This document shows, piece after piece, positions 1 to 11,819 of a stretch of DNA of 64,000 nt. Position 1 is the stretch's first letter; every line of letters starts with the position of its first letter. The stretch lies in the NCBI RefSeq assembly GCF_006345805.1, contig NC_043022.1, positions 18,662,001-18,726,000 of the forward strand. The letters run 5' to 3'. Made by a program: the position numbers and the translations under genes. The DNA is from Octopus sinensis (lineage: Eukaryota). A model generated the notes under the pieces. That model worked only from the letters and a program-made list of their open reading frames with translations, did not search any database and was not told the origin of the DNA.

Positions 1-1484
1 GGCACAACGTTTAGCAGCATTTTGTCCACCTTTACATTCTCAGTTCAAATTCTGCCAAAGTTGACTTTGCCATTTGTCCCTTTTGGGGGTCGATAAAATT
101 AGTACCTGTTGAATACTGGGGCTGATGTAATCAACCGGCCCTCAGCCTCCAAATTTCAAGCCTTGTGCCTACAGCAGAAAGGATTGTTATAAAGGGATCA
201 AGATGACAGAATCATTCGCCCGTACTCTTTTTACTCTTATTTACTTGTTTCAGTCATTTGACTGTGGCCATGCTGGAGCACCGCTTTTAGTCGAGCAAAT
301 CGACCCCAGGACTTATTCTTTGTAAGCCTAGTACTTATTCTATCCGTCTCTTTTGCCGAACTGTTAAGTTACAGGGACGTAAACACACCAGCATCGGTTG
401 TCAAGCGATGTTTGGTGGACAAACACAGACACACAAACATATACATACACATACATATATATGACGGGCTTCTTTCAGTTTCCGTCTACCAAATCCACTC
501 ACAAGGCTTTGGTCGGCTCGAGGCTTTAGTAGAAGACACTTGCCCAAGGTGCCACACAGTGGAACTGAACCCAGAACCATGTGGTTCATAAGCAAGCTAC
601 TTACCACACAGCCACTGCTTTGCCTATATCAGACAAAATGCTTACCAGCGTTTCTTCTGGCGCTGTGGTTGATGAATTGACTAACTCTTTCCCCTAAAAT
701 TTCTGACATTTTGCCAAATTTGAAAAGTTGGAAACCATTATTATTATTATTATTATGATTAATATTGTTATTATTATTATTATTATTATTATTGAAGGTA
801 GTGAGCTGGCAGAATCATTAGCATGCTGGACAAAGTGCTTAGCAGTATTTCGCCCGTTGCTGTGTTCTGAGTTCAAATACCACCAAGGTCGACTTGTCTT
901 TCATATTTTCAGGGTCAGTAAAATAAGTACCAGTTAAACACTGGGGGTCAATGTCATCAACCAGTCTCCTCCCCCAAAATTTCAGGCCTTGTGCCTTTAG
1001 TAGAAAGGATTATTATTAGGCTGGAGAAAATACTTGACAGCATTTTTTCTGTCTTCATATATCTCAAACTTATATTCCACTGGGGTCATTTTTGCCGTTT
1101 ATCCCTCCAGGGTGCCAGTCAGGTATATAGGGGTCAAAAGTATCAACTAACCCCTCCCCTCTCAAAATTGCTGACCTTGTGCCACAATTTGAAATCATTA
1201 TTATTGTGGCAGAATCATGAGAGTGTCAGACAAAATGCCAAATAGTATTTCTTCCAACTGTTTATGTTCTGAGTTCAAATTCTGCTGAAGTCAGTTTTGT
1301 CTTTTGATATAATAAAGCACCACTCAAGTACTTGTGTCTAATTTGTCTCTCCTTGTTTCTATCTGGAAGAAATTGACTGAGGGATATTTGGGCTGCTCCA
1401 AGTTTAACCCTTTTGATACCAACCTGACTGAGGTTGCCCTTGGTTCCATGGTACAAACTTAATGTCTTAACGTGATCTAAATTA

Positions 1485-2047
1485 TTGGGTTGTCCGGAAA
1501 GTGTGTGCCGATTTTTAAAGGAAAGAAAAAGGTCAAATACTTGCCATTACATTTTTAATCAACCAAATATGAACCATTTTGTTGCACAATGCGTCTCCAT
1601 CTTTCCTTTAACTTGAAAATACCCTCTTCCCAGAATTGAGCTGGTTTCATGGCAAAGAATTCATCAAGGTATCTTTTTACGTCTTCCAAGGAATTGAAAT
1701 TTTTACCATTTAGACTATTCTGCAGAGACCTGAATAAGTGGAAATCCGAAGGAACAATATCTGGTGAATATGGAGGGTGGGGTAACACATCCCAGCCGAG
1801 CTGCTGCAATTTTTGTCTGGTTCCCAAAGCATCAAGTGTTGAAAATGAACTTTCTTATCTTCCATTTTAAAGGGTTACAGAATTTACACAAGTTATAGGA
1901 ACATAAACCTGTTTCCATGGAAAGATAGCTTAAACTGTGCTCTAAATGGAGATGTAGTCAAATCCCATTTTATGGACTCAACCATGTTCTAAAATAAGTC
2001 GAAAAGTAAGGTACTATAAATTGGCACGAACTTTCCGGACAACCCAA
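1485..2047 (-). mobile_element. Internally deleted mariner element
   Basis: TIRs ttgggttgtccggaaag, flanked by TA. Transposase C-terminus GWDVLPHPPYSPDIVPSDFHLF fused to the first ~14 codons. Confidence 0.92.
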
Positions 2048-2792
2048 TATTTAGTTGAAGAATCTCATGCTAACTTATGCTTCAAGCATCAGCTTAATAA
2101 TGAGATTTATTTTACTAAATTCTTCCTTTTATAATTAATTGAAGCAGTCTCTGTTTTAACAGAAATACCTTAACCAAAGGCTTAAAGGGATTTAGATGAA
2201 AACCTTGCGTTAAACTTTTATCTTGATTTACGTTTCAAACACAAGCTTAATAGTTGTAGAGTTATTTCACTAAATTCCTGATTATTTTCAAAATTAAGTT
2301 AAACAAAGGTGCAGGTATGGTAAGAAGCTTGTGTGGTAAGGTGGTGAGCTGGCAGAAACGTTAGCACACCGGGTGAAATGCTTAGCAGTATTTCGTCTGC
2401 CATTACGCTCTGAGTTCAAATTCTCCCACGGTCAACTTTGCCTTTCATCCTTTCGGGGTCGATAAATTAAGTACTAGTTATGCACTGGGGTCGATGTAAT
2501 TGACTTAATCCCTTTGTTTGTCCCCTCTATGTTTATCCCCTTGTGAGCAATAAAGAAATAGGAAAATAGACATATGATGATGTTGTAATTATTTATTTTG
2601 AGAATGACATTGTAGGGTAGGTGTGAGAAGCTAGATTTGCCCAGTTTGAACATAAAACAGAATATTTTGACAGGATCTGGCCAGTTTGAACCTAAAGCGG
2701 GTAGAAATATTTTGGTCAAATTTGACCAGTTCATAAATGTCAAAGGGCTTACCCCTTTCCCATTTTGTTTTACATTTTCCTTTCTCTTACAG

Positions 2793-2856
2793 AAACAAAG
2801 CTGATTGGTTAGACAGTGAATTGAAGTCCTTCACCAACCAATACCTCCAGCATGAG
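2793..2856 (+). CDS. Candidate internal exon of an unidentified plus-strand gene
   Basis: Strong acceptor tttcctttctcttacag, one open frame (x)NKADWLDSELKSFTNQYLQHE, donor GAG|gtttga in phase 0, non-repetitive sequence. Confidence 0.5.
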
Positions 2857-3348
2857 GTTTGAACCAGGGTCCAGTTTAGTTTTACGTATGGATGCAGCTG
2901 CTTCTGTCCACTATGATAGACACAGTGACCGAGTGAAGCAGGACTCTGCTTGTTTGGCAACGAACCGAGCCGTCAGTTGGCAAAGAACTGTAAAAGCGGG
3001 GACAGTTTCATAAAGTCTGATCTGATTAGTTGGTCAGTTGATTCCATCATCTATGTATATTAAAAGTACAGCCTTATAGCTTTGTCTTCTCTGTCTGTCT
3101 ATCTGTCTATCCCTCTGTCTGTTTCTTGAAGATTCTGCGGATTATACTATCAAAAGAGTGTATATATGTGTATCAGCAGGAGATGAAACCACATATACAC
3201 TTTATATGCATGTGTATGTGTATATAAATATGTACACACACACACACACATACAAACATACACTACACATGTGCGCATGCACATACATGCACACACACAT
3301 ATATACACACATGCACACATATATATGCAAATATATATATATATATAT

Positions 3349-3398
<50 letters not shown>

Positions 3399-3455
3399 AT
3401 ATATATATATATATATATAATATATATATATATATATACACATATATATATATAT

Positions 3456-3513
<58 letters not shown>

Positions 3514-4172
3514 CACATACATATATATATATATATATTATATATACACATACATAAATATATATATATATAAACATATATGCACACACATATATATATA
3601 CACATACACACATAGACACACAACCTTATACACACATACGTCATATATGTATATACATACCAGCCTATGTGTGCATATATGTTTTAGCGATTTCAGCCAA
3701 AACCATGTTGAAGCACCATCTTTGTTTCTGCATGAATCTGTGTGTGTGTGTGTGTGGATATGTTGACACAGACATGACCAAATGGTTAAGAAATTCACTT
3801 TGCAACCATGCGGTCCCAGGTTCATTTCCACCATGTGCCACCTGGGACAGGTGTCTGTTTCCATAATCTCACTGACCCAAACTTCTTGCTAAGTGAAAGA
3901 CCGATGGGTGGGATCTGTGTACATTTGTGTGTGTGTGTGTTGATATACATATGCACATGTGTGTATGAATGTATGTGTATAGGAGTGTGCATGTAATTAT
4001 ATATATATATGCATATACTCATGCATGTGTATATGAATGTATGTTTTATGATAGTGCATGTATATGTGTGTCAATATGTATGTGTATATATATATTATAT
4101 ATCTATATATAATATATATTATATATAATATATATTATATATATAATATATATATATATATAATATATATAT

Positions 4173-4220
<48 letters not shown>

Positions 4221-4300
4221 TGATCCGTCCAACCCATGCTAGCATGGAAAGCGGACGTTAAACGATGATGATGATGATATATATATATATATATATACAC

Positions 4301-4354
<54 letters not shown>

Positions 4355-4454
4355 GAAGTTTATAAATGGAAAACAAATTCTCTATAAAAGTGTTCTCTAT
4401 TTTTCTCTCTTCTCCCTCCCTCCCTTCCTCCTCTCTCTCTCTCTCTCTCTACAG

Positions 4455-4607
4455 GATCCTCCCTATTTGGGAGCTCTCTATGTAGGACCAGAACTGTCTT
4501 CAGTGAACTCTCGATACAAAACCTTAATGGTGGTGAATTCTCAAAAGGACAAGTACCATTCTAGATGGGGATCTCTTTTGTGGAACTTTGTAGAAAGATC
4601 TCTGCAG
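4455..4607 (+). CDS. Candidate internal exon of the same gene (end at 4532 or 4607)
   Basis: Acceptor (ct)n-acag, phase 0, DPPYLGALYVGPELSSVNSRYKTLMV|VNSQKDKYHSRWGSLLWNFVERSLQ. Canonical donor GTG|gtgaat at 4532; coding-like composition continues to CAG at 4607. Confidence 0.5.
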
Positions 4608-4714
4608 GAATATATATTTATTTGTCTAACCCAGATTACAATACTTATTAAAAAAAAAAAGCAAATCCAAATATTATATATTGAAAGAATATATCTTCAC
4701 AAAAATTTCAAGCA

Positions 4715-4748
<34 letters not shown>

Positions 4749-5601
4749 TATTAGTGAGTGGTTGGTATTAGGAAGGGCATCCAGTTGTAGAAACTCTGCC
4801 AAATTAAGATTAGAGCCTGGTGCAGCCATCTGGTTCGCCAATCCTCAGTCAAAATCGTCCAACCCATGCTAGCATGGAAAGCGGACGTTAAACAACGATG
4901 ATGATGATGATGATAAGGTGGTGAGCTGGTAGAATGATTAACATGCCGGGCGAAATGCTTAGCAGCATTTTGTCTCCTGGTACGTTCTGAGTTCAAATTC
5001 CGCCAAGGTCGACTTTGTCTTTTCATCATTTCGGGGTTGATGAAATAAGCACCAGTTGAACACAGGGGGTCAATGTAATTGACTACCCCCCCAACCCCAA
5101 CTCCCAGCCCTTTCTACATAATGGGGCCATGTACCTAGTGTAGGAAGGCTTATTGCTCTTATTAACCAGCTGTGATGGCGGAATCATTAGCAGATCGGAC
5201 AAAATGTTTACTGGCATTTCTTCTGGCTCTTTCTGAGTTTCAATTCCACCAAAGTTGATATTACTTTACGTTGTTTTGGGATAAAACAAAGTACCTATCT
5301 ACTAATGAGCTCAGTCTAATCAACTGGCCCTCTCCACTCCAAAATTGCAGGCCTTGTGCCTAAATTTAAAGCCATTATTATCATTTATTGAAAGTGGTAA
5401 GTTGTCAGAATCGCTAGCATGCCAGGCGAAATGCTTAGTGGTATTTCGTTTGCTGCTATGTTCAGAGTTCAAATCCCACTGAGGTCGACTTTGCCTTTCA
5501 TCCTTTCGGGGTCGATAAATCAAGTACCAGTTGCATACTGGGGAGTGATGTAATCGACTTAAATCCCCAAAATTTGAAGCCTTGTGCTTCCAGTAGAAAG
5601 G

Positions 5602-5654
<53 letters not shown>

Positions 5655-5998
5655 GTTGTTGTTTTTGTTACTAGGATGGTGAGTTAGCAGAACGTTACCA
5701 CACTGGACGAGATGCTTAACATTTCTTGTGACTCTTTATACTGAGGTCAACTTTGGCTTTCATCTTTTCAGAGTCAGTGAAATAAGTACCAGTTGTGCAC
5801 TGGGGTTAATATAACCAGCTTATCCCCCACTGCACAATATCAAGTCTTGTGCCTAGAGTAGAAAGAACTATTATTATTATTATTATTATTATTATTATCA
5901 TTATTAGATATTAACTGTTAAGCAGAGAATGTCATTATTTTTGTTAATTGTTTGAAGTGAACAAGAGTCCTATTGTTTCCTTGTCTTTTAATCTTCAG

Positions 5999-6022
5999 GT
6001 GAAACAGGAAACTGTAAATTAA
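5999..6022 (+). CDS. Possible terminal coding exon (VKQETVN*)
   Basis: Acceptor ttgtcttttaatcttcag, and the phase-0 frame stops after 7 codons. Weak support. Confidence 0.2.
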   Translation: MKQETVN

Positions 6023-6700
6023 TCTAATCTAAGTGGAGAAATATTAACCATCTTTTGTAAAATTGGTGGGTTTGATGTGGAAACAGCTCAAATTCTGTAT
6101 AAAATGTAATCAATGAAATGACTTTACAAAAGTGTTTATTATTATTATTATTGAGTGAGAGAGCAGTGCATGCCATCAAAGTGACACTTGGGTAAAATAT
6201 ACAAAGCCCAGTATACCCATCATGATTACCTGTCTGATAAGGGTCTGCCAGGTACGTGCATCACAACCATATGTGCTTGACATGGTGATCTCATATCAAG
6301 ATAAACAGCGCATGACTTGCAGGTGGGTCCCAGTTAGAATTTTCTTTAGGTCGAGTAGCCCATCCCACTCAAAAGTTCCTTGGATAAGGGTTGTTTAAGG
6401 ATGTTGAACGAACCACTTAGAGGTGAATTATCCAAGCCCCAAGGAATTCCTCTCAACACATGGTTATGATGTTTCCCCACTACTTGTGATCAGAGATGCA
6501 CATATCGTCAGTCACTAAAGGACATGGTCAACTGGTTATGGTCAAACAACTGACAAGCAAATCTGTGGTATTGAGCAGAATATTTGCTGTAGCCTGTCTT
6601 TTATACCAAGACAAAACAATGTACATGATAACATTTCCAATCAGTTAAGATCGGGACCACTGCCTGGTACTGCATCAAGACTTCGTCATCATTATTATTA

Positions 6701-6977
6701 TCTTTGTATATAAAATTCAAGTTGTGTGTGTGAGACACTGTCTCCTCCGATTTAGATTCCTAACTACTCCCACATTTTGCGGTGCAGTTTAACCAAAAGC
6801 GGGTATCTTATAGTCGTCATTCATATCGAGCCCTTCTGGGTATTAGCATGAGTCTACGATTTAAAAAAAAATTACCAGCATTTTTCCGCATTTTTAATGA
6901 TTTTTGCTCGGGTTATATAAGGGAAGTATCTCTCTAAAAATGCTTACAAAGCCGAGCAACGCCAGGCGATACTGCTA

Positions 6978-6978
<1 letters not shown>
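6701..6978 (+). mobile_element. Non-autonomous Helitron
   Basis: A|TC 5' end, subterminal gccgagcaacgccaggc hairpin-like segment, CTAG|T 3' end, no TSD. Confidence 0.7.
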
Positions 6979-7009
<31 letters not shown>

Positions 7010-7418
7010 GGCAGCAAGCTGGCAGATTCGTTAGCACGCAGGACAAAATGCTTAGCAGCATTTCATCTGTCTCTACATTCTGAGTTCAAATTCTGCTGAG
7101 GTCAACTTTGTCTTTCATCCTTTCAGGGTGAATGAAATTGCCACCAGTCAACTATCCTCCTCTCCCCGCCAAATTTCAGGCCCTGTGTCTAGAAAGGATT
7201 ATTATTATTATTATTAAGGCAGTGAGCTGGCAGAATTGTTAGCACACTGGATGTTAGCTTAGTGGCATTTCGCCTGTCTTTATGTTCTGAGTTCAAATTC
7301 TGTGACGGTCAACTTTGCCTTTCAGGGTCGATAAACTAAATACCAGTTGTCTACTGGGGTGGATGTAATTGACTATTCCCAAATTTCAGGCCTTGTGGTG
7401 GTGGTGCTGTTGCTGTTG

Positions 7419-7710
7419 TTCAGGTCACTGCCTGGAAACGAACTCGGAATCTTGAGGATAAGAGCGGGCACATGGCGTAGTGGTTAAGAGTGTTGGCTAC
7501 TAACCCCAAGATTCCGAGTTCAATTCCAGGCAGTGACCTGAATAATAATAATAATAATAATAATATCAAAAAAATACCTTAGGAATGAGAACCCAGGTTC
7601 AAAATTTCCCCAAGACACCTGATGAAGGCTGGAGGGTATATCAACCAAAACATTGTGTTAACAACAAACAAGATGGGGACAAATATCTGTCAAATGTAAA
7701 TAATGTAATT
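7419..7710 (+). mobile_element. tRNA-headed repeat with (AAT)n and a decayed hammerhead, preceded by an inverted copy of its own head
   Basis: A box tggcgtagtgg (7473-83), B box gagttcaattcc (7516-27), gacac-CTGATGA...aaaacatt-gtgtt (7614-59). Inverted arms at 7419-7454 and 7507-7542. Confidence 0.6.
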
Positions 7711-9545
7711 TTTTGTTTTGTTTTGTTTTTTAGTTAAATAGCATACTCAGGAGGACATTAGCTAATGTGTTCTTTTCCAAGGTGCTAGGATGTGACTTGG
7801 AGATTTGGCTGCTATTTCTAGGGAGCCAGTTACCAGACAAAATTCCTTGCAGTTCATTGTTATGTAACTTCACTCTTTCAGTTCAAATCCTGCCTGAGTC
7901 AATTTTGGTTTTCATTCCCTCCAAAGCTATGGTGGCAGTGGTGGTTTTAGTGAATGTGTGGTTAAGAAGCTGTCTTTGCAGTTACAGGTTTTCGGGTTCA
8001 ATCCCTCTGCAGCACCTTGGGCACATGTTTTATGCAATAGGCCCAGGGACTCGTGAATAAGTTTTTGAAAGAAGCCCACTGTTTGAGGGGGTGCTGAAAA
8101 TTTTTTGGTTTTGGAAAAAAGAAAATACAGGAAGATCGGTTAATTACGATTTTATTCAACATATTCCCCTCTCAGATTCACCCACTTATTGCAGCGGTCC
8201 TTCAGATTTTTTTCTAAATTACAGCGGCCCCTAATTTTTTTTCTAAGCCCTGTAAAAGAACTTGGAAGGTTGGGCCTGCGACCAGGCCTTTCGTGACACC
8301 CTTAAAGCCCAGAACTTTTCAGTTCCCCATCGTATTTGTGTGCCTTGTCATCATGTGATAGATGCAAATGAGTGTCACTATTTACAGGTCATTCATTTCC
8401 AATGTTCTTCGAAAATATGTCTGGTTCTGGGAAATACTTGATCGGAAAAATTTCAGGGTTGGCATCGGGGAAGGGCATCCAGCTGGAGAAAATCTGCCTC
8501 AACAAAATTCCATATCTAACCCATGCTAGCATGGAAAAGTAGATGTAAAAACGAAGGTAAAGAAGAAATATGAACATGTGATCTTCATTCATTGTTATGT
8601 TCTTGTACTAAATTTAATTCTTACGCAAGCCTGCCCTAAGAATGCCAGACATTTTTTCTACCATGAATGGACAGAGTATATTTCTTTTACAAAATCACCC
8701 AAAAGAGACGTTGTGTTAGATAATAATGTTGAAAACAGATTGTCCACAGCAACAGTATCCAGATGGATTTATTCCCGACATCTTATTACTACGAAAAAAA
8801 AAAATTATAATTTCTTCATCAGATTAAACCACAATGAATTCTGCTATTGGATATTCACATCATCATCATCGTTTAACGTCCGTTCTCCATGCTAGCATGG
8901 GTTGGACGGTTCGACCGGGGATCTGGGAAGCCAGAAGGCTGCACCAGGCTCCAGTCTAATCTGGCAATGTTTCTACAGCTGGATGCCCTTCCTAACGCCA
9001 ACCACTCCGTGAGTGTAGTGGGTGCTTTTTACGTGCCACCCGCACAGGTGCCAGGCGAGGCTGGCAATGGCCACGGTCGGATTGGTGAAATTTACGTGCC
9101 ACCAGCAAGGAAGCCAGTCGAGGCGGTGCTGGCAGTGGTGAGAAACCTTTGAGAGCTGAACAGCAGAAGGTCTTCAGACAAAAAGCCCCACTTCAGGCAA
9201 GTATTTCATCCCTTACCTTCTTACACTTTAAAAGGGGCCAGGCTGCCTCCACGGTGCCCTTCTACTAACACTTTGTAGCCACTTGGATATCAGAGACTTT
9301 AAACTGCTTGGAGATTTCACCTAGTTGGAAATCCTCTCCATTGACTCGGCTTTCAAGCTCATACTCGAAGAACTTTATTAAAAAAAAAAGGCTACCTGGC
9401 TATGTGGTAAAAAGCTTGCTTCCCAACCATGTGGCTCTGAGTTCTGTTCCAGTGTAGCACCTTAGGCAAGTGTCTTCTATAACCACAGCTTTTCGATATT
9501 ATTATTATTATTCAGGCCACTGCTTGGAATTGAACTCAGAATCCA

Positions 9546-11407
9546 ACAAGATCTAGAAAAGTCGTACATGAAAGAATTTGAAATGGTGAAAACGCGCCAG
9601 ATTAAGAAGATTATGAAACTCAAAGGTCAGAGAATGAAGATTGAAGTCTGTCACCCACCTGTGAAAGCAGTAATTAATGTAAGTAGCCGACATCTAGAAA
9701 GCTCTGAAGAAGCAGTACTGAACAAAGGTCTCAGCTTTGCAACAACCATCAAGCGCATTCCATACTTGGACATAATAGCCCCTATTGAAGAGATAGCCAT
9801 AAAGATACCAAAAGCTCAGGGAGATGAACTAAGGTGGAAAGTGAGACAAGTACTATAAAAAGCAAAACCTCCTAAACCAAGAAAAGTTTGCTATCAGAAG
9901 ACTACAGAGTGACAATTCCATCATAATACTTCCAGCAGACAAGGGAAATGCTACAGTGGTGATGAAGAAGTCTGACTACTCTGAAAAACTGGAAGTCTTA
10001 TAAGTGATGGTAGCTACAGCAAAGAAAAGAAAGACCCAACTCTGAAAACAGAGAGGAAATTGTCACAGACCTTGATCAAGAACAAGGATCACTTTACACC
10101 AATGAAGTACAGACAGCTGACTCAACACCACAGTAAACCACCACACATGTACGGTCTCCCTAAGATTCACAAGGATGGTATTCCGTTAAGACCTATAGTG
10201 AGCTGTAGAGGTTCAGCCTGTCATCCACTGAGCCGCTTCCTTGTGGATATATTCAGATATAATCAGTCCATTAGCAGGAAAGTCAACATCGTACGTGAAG
10301 AATTCCACCCACTTCACAGAATTGATCAAAGATACTCCCATTGAATCCGACCAGATGGTGAGTCTAGATGTGATAAGTCTGTTCACCAAAATCCCAGCTG
10401 GTAAAGCACTATCGGTGATTCAAGAAAAACTAGTGACAGACACCCATCTAAAAGAACATACTAGTATACCAATAAGAAACTTGATGGAAATATTGGCCCT
10501 CTGTGAAGAAACTACCTACTTCAGTATGGACACTGATATATATCGACAAGTGGAGGGTTTAGCTAAGGGTTTGCCATTATCACCGATAATAGCCAATATA
10601 TACTTGGAATACTTTGAGAATTTGGCTTTAGGATCAACACCACTAAAACCAACCCTGTGGTTGCGATATGTTGATGATGCCTTTATACTCTGGCCCCACC
10701 AGGAAGATGTCCAAGTGCTGTTAGATCATGTGAACTCAATAAAACCATCCATACAGTTCACAATGGAAAAGGAAAAAGGCAATCAGCTAGCATTCCTGAA
10801 CGTATTAATAACACGCACCAAGTATGGATTCACGATATCCATATACTGCAAGCCGACCTTCACTGGACGATACCTCAACTTTAATTCCCACCATCCATAC
10901 AGAGTAAGAAGAGGGATTTCTCAGTGCCTAAAACACCATACAAAAAGTACACCATGAAGAAATGATCAAGCTCAATAACAATTTTTCAGTAACAACTACC
11001 CTAAAAACATACTATACACTCCAATTATGGAGAAAAGAGAGGGTAAAAACAGTAAACTGTCCACAGTCTGTCTACCCTATGTGAAAGGCCTCTCCGAAAA
11101 GATACAAAAGATATGCAGCTCATATGACATCAGGACAGTATTCAAGAGTAATACAACACTTCGCAAATATTGCCTTCAAGTAAAACCACCAATAGCAGAG
11201 AATATGACCAATTACTGCGTGTATTCCATCCCATGCAGCTGTGGTAGGTTATACAAAGGCGAAACAAAAATAAGGGTAGACGAACGTCGCAAAGCTGTGA
11301 CACAAGGAGATATTGATAAATCGGGTATAGCTGATCATGTATGGAAAAACGGAGACCACCTCCCCCTGTGGGATGAAGTTAAAATAATAGACATAGAACA
11401 CCACTGA
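9546..11407 (+). mobile_element. Decayed Penelope-like retroelement (RT plus GIY-YIG endonuclease)
   Basis: Frameshifted ORF pieces: VLNKGLSFA, YGLPKIHKDGIPLRPIVS, SLDVISLFTKIP, WLRYVDDAF, YCKPTFTGRYLNFNSHHP, then CVYSIPCSCGRLYKGETK (GIY-YIG). Confidence 0.92.
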
Positions 11408-11527
11408 AAGAATTGAATTGATTTATAAATGAGGTAAATACATTTTTTATACTTCTTAAAAATGATTTTAAAAGTATTAAACAGCAATTACCATGACCAC
11501 ATTACGAAACTAAAATAGTTCTCTTAA

Positions 11528-11819
11528 CCGCTTACCCGACAGAAACGAATATATGCATTTTGACCGAAATCGTTTTTTTCTATCTCTGGCGAGTTAACTC
11601 GCCAAAATCGACAGCAAACGAGTTCCTTCGTCTAAAAGCGGGTTAACTCGTTTCTGCCCAAAGCGGTAATTTAAAATCAATATTATTGAATTAAAATTCA
11701 TAATAAATAAGGTTTGAAATATACCTCGAAATCACCATTCAAAACATAGTAAAATAAAACAATTAAAAAATATCTCTGAAAAAATACATTTATTTTCAAA
11801 ATAATTGTTGGGTAAGGGG
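11528..11819. mobile_element. Second TTAA-flanked MITE family
   Basis: TTAA|CCGCTTACCCGACA ... TGTTGGGTAAGGGG|TTAA. Confidence 0.6.

Noticed and set aside
3150-3870. Long Y/I/H/T/C/V-rich ORFs here and at 45735-46822, 50526-50933 and similar sites
   Set aside because: They are translations of (TA)n and (CA)n microsatellites with no coding signal.
8800-8825. Isolated CTGATGA on the minus strand (also at ~19600 and ~12165)
   Set aside because: No downstream GAAA-stem III-UH or stem I pairing, so these are chance or microsatellite matches.
8578-8895. 105-aa plus-strand ORF in non-repetitive DNA
   Set aside because: Only a weak AAG acceptor and weak donors, no recognisable domain, and not phase-linked to the other candidate exons.
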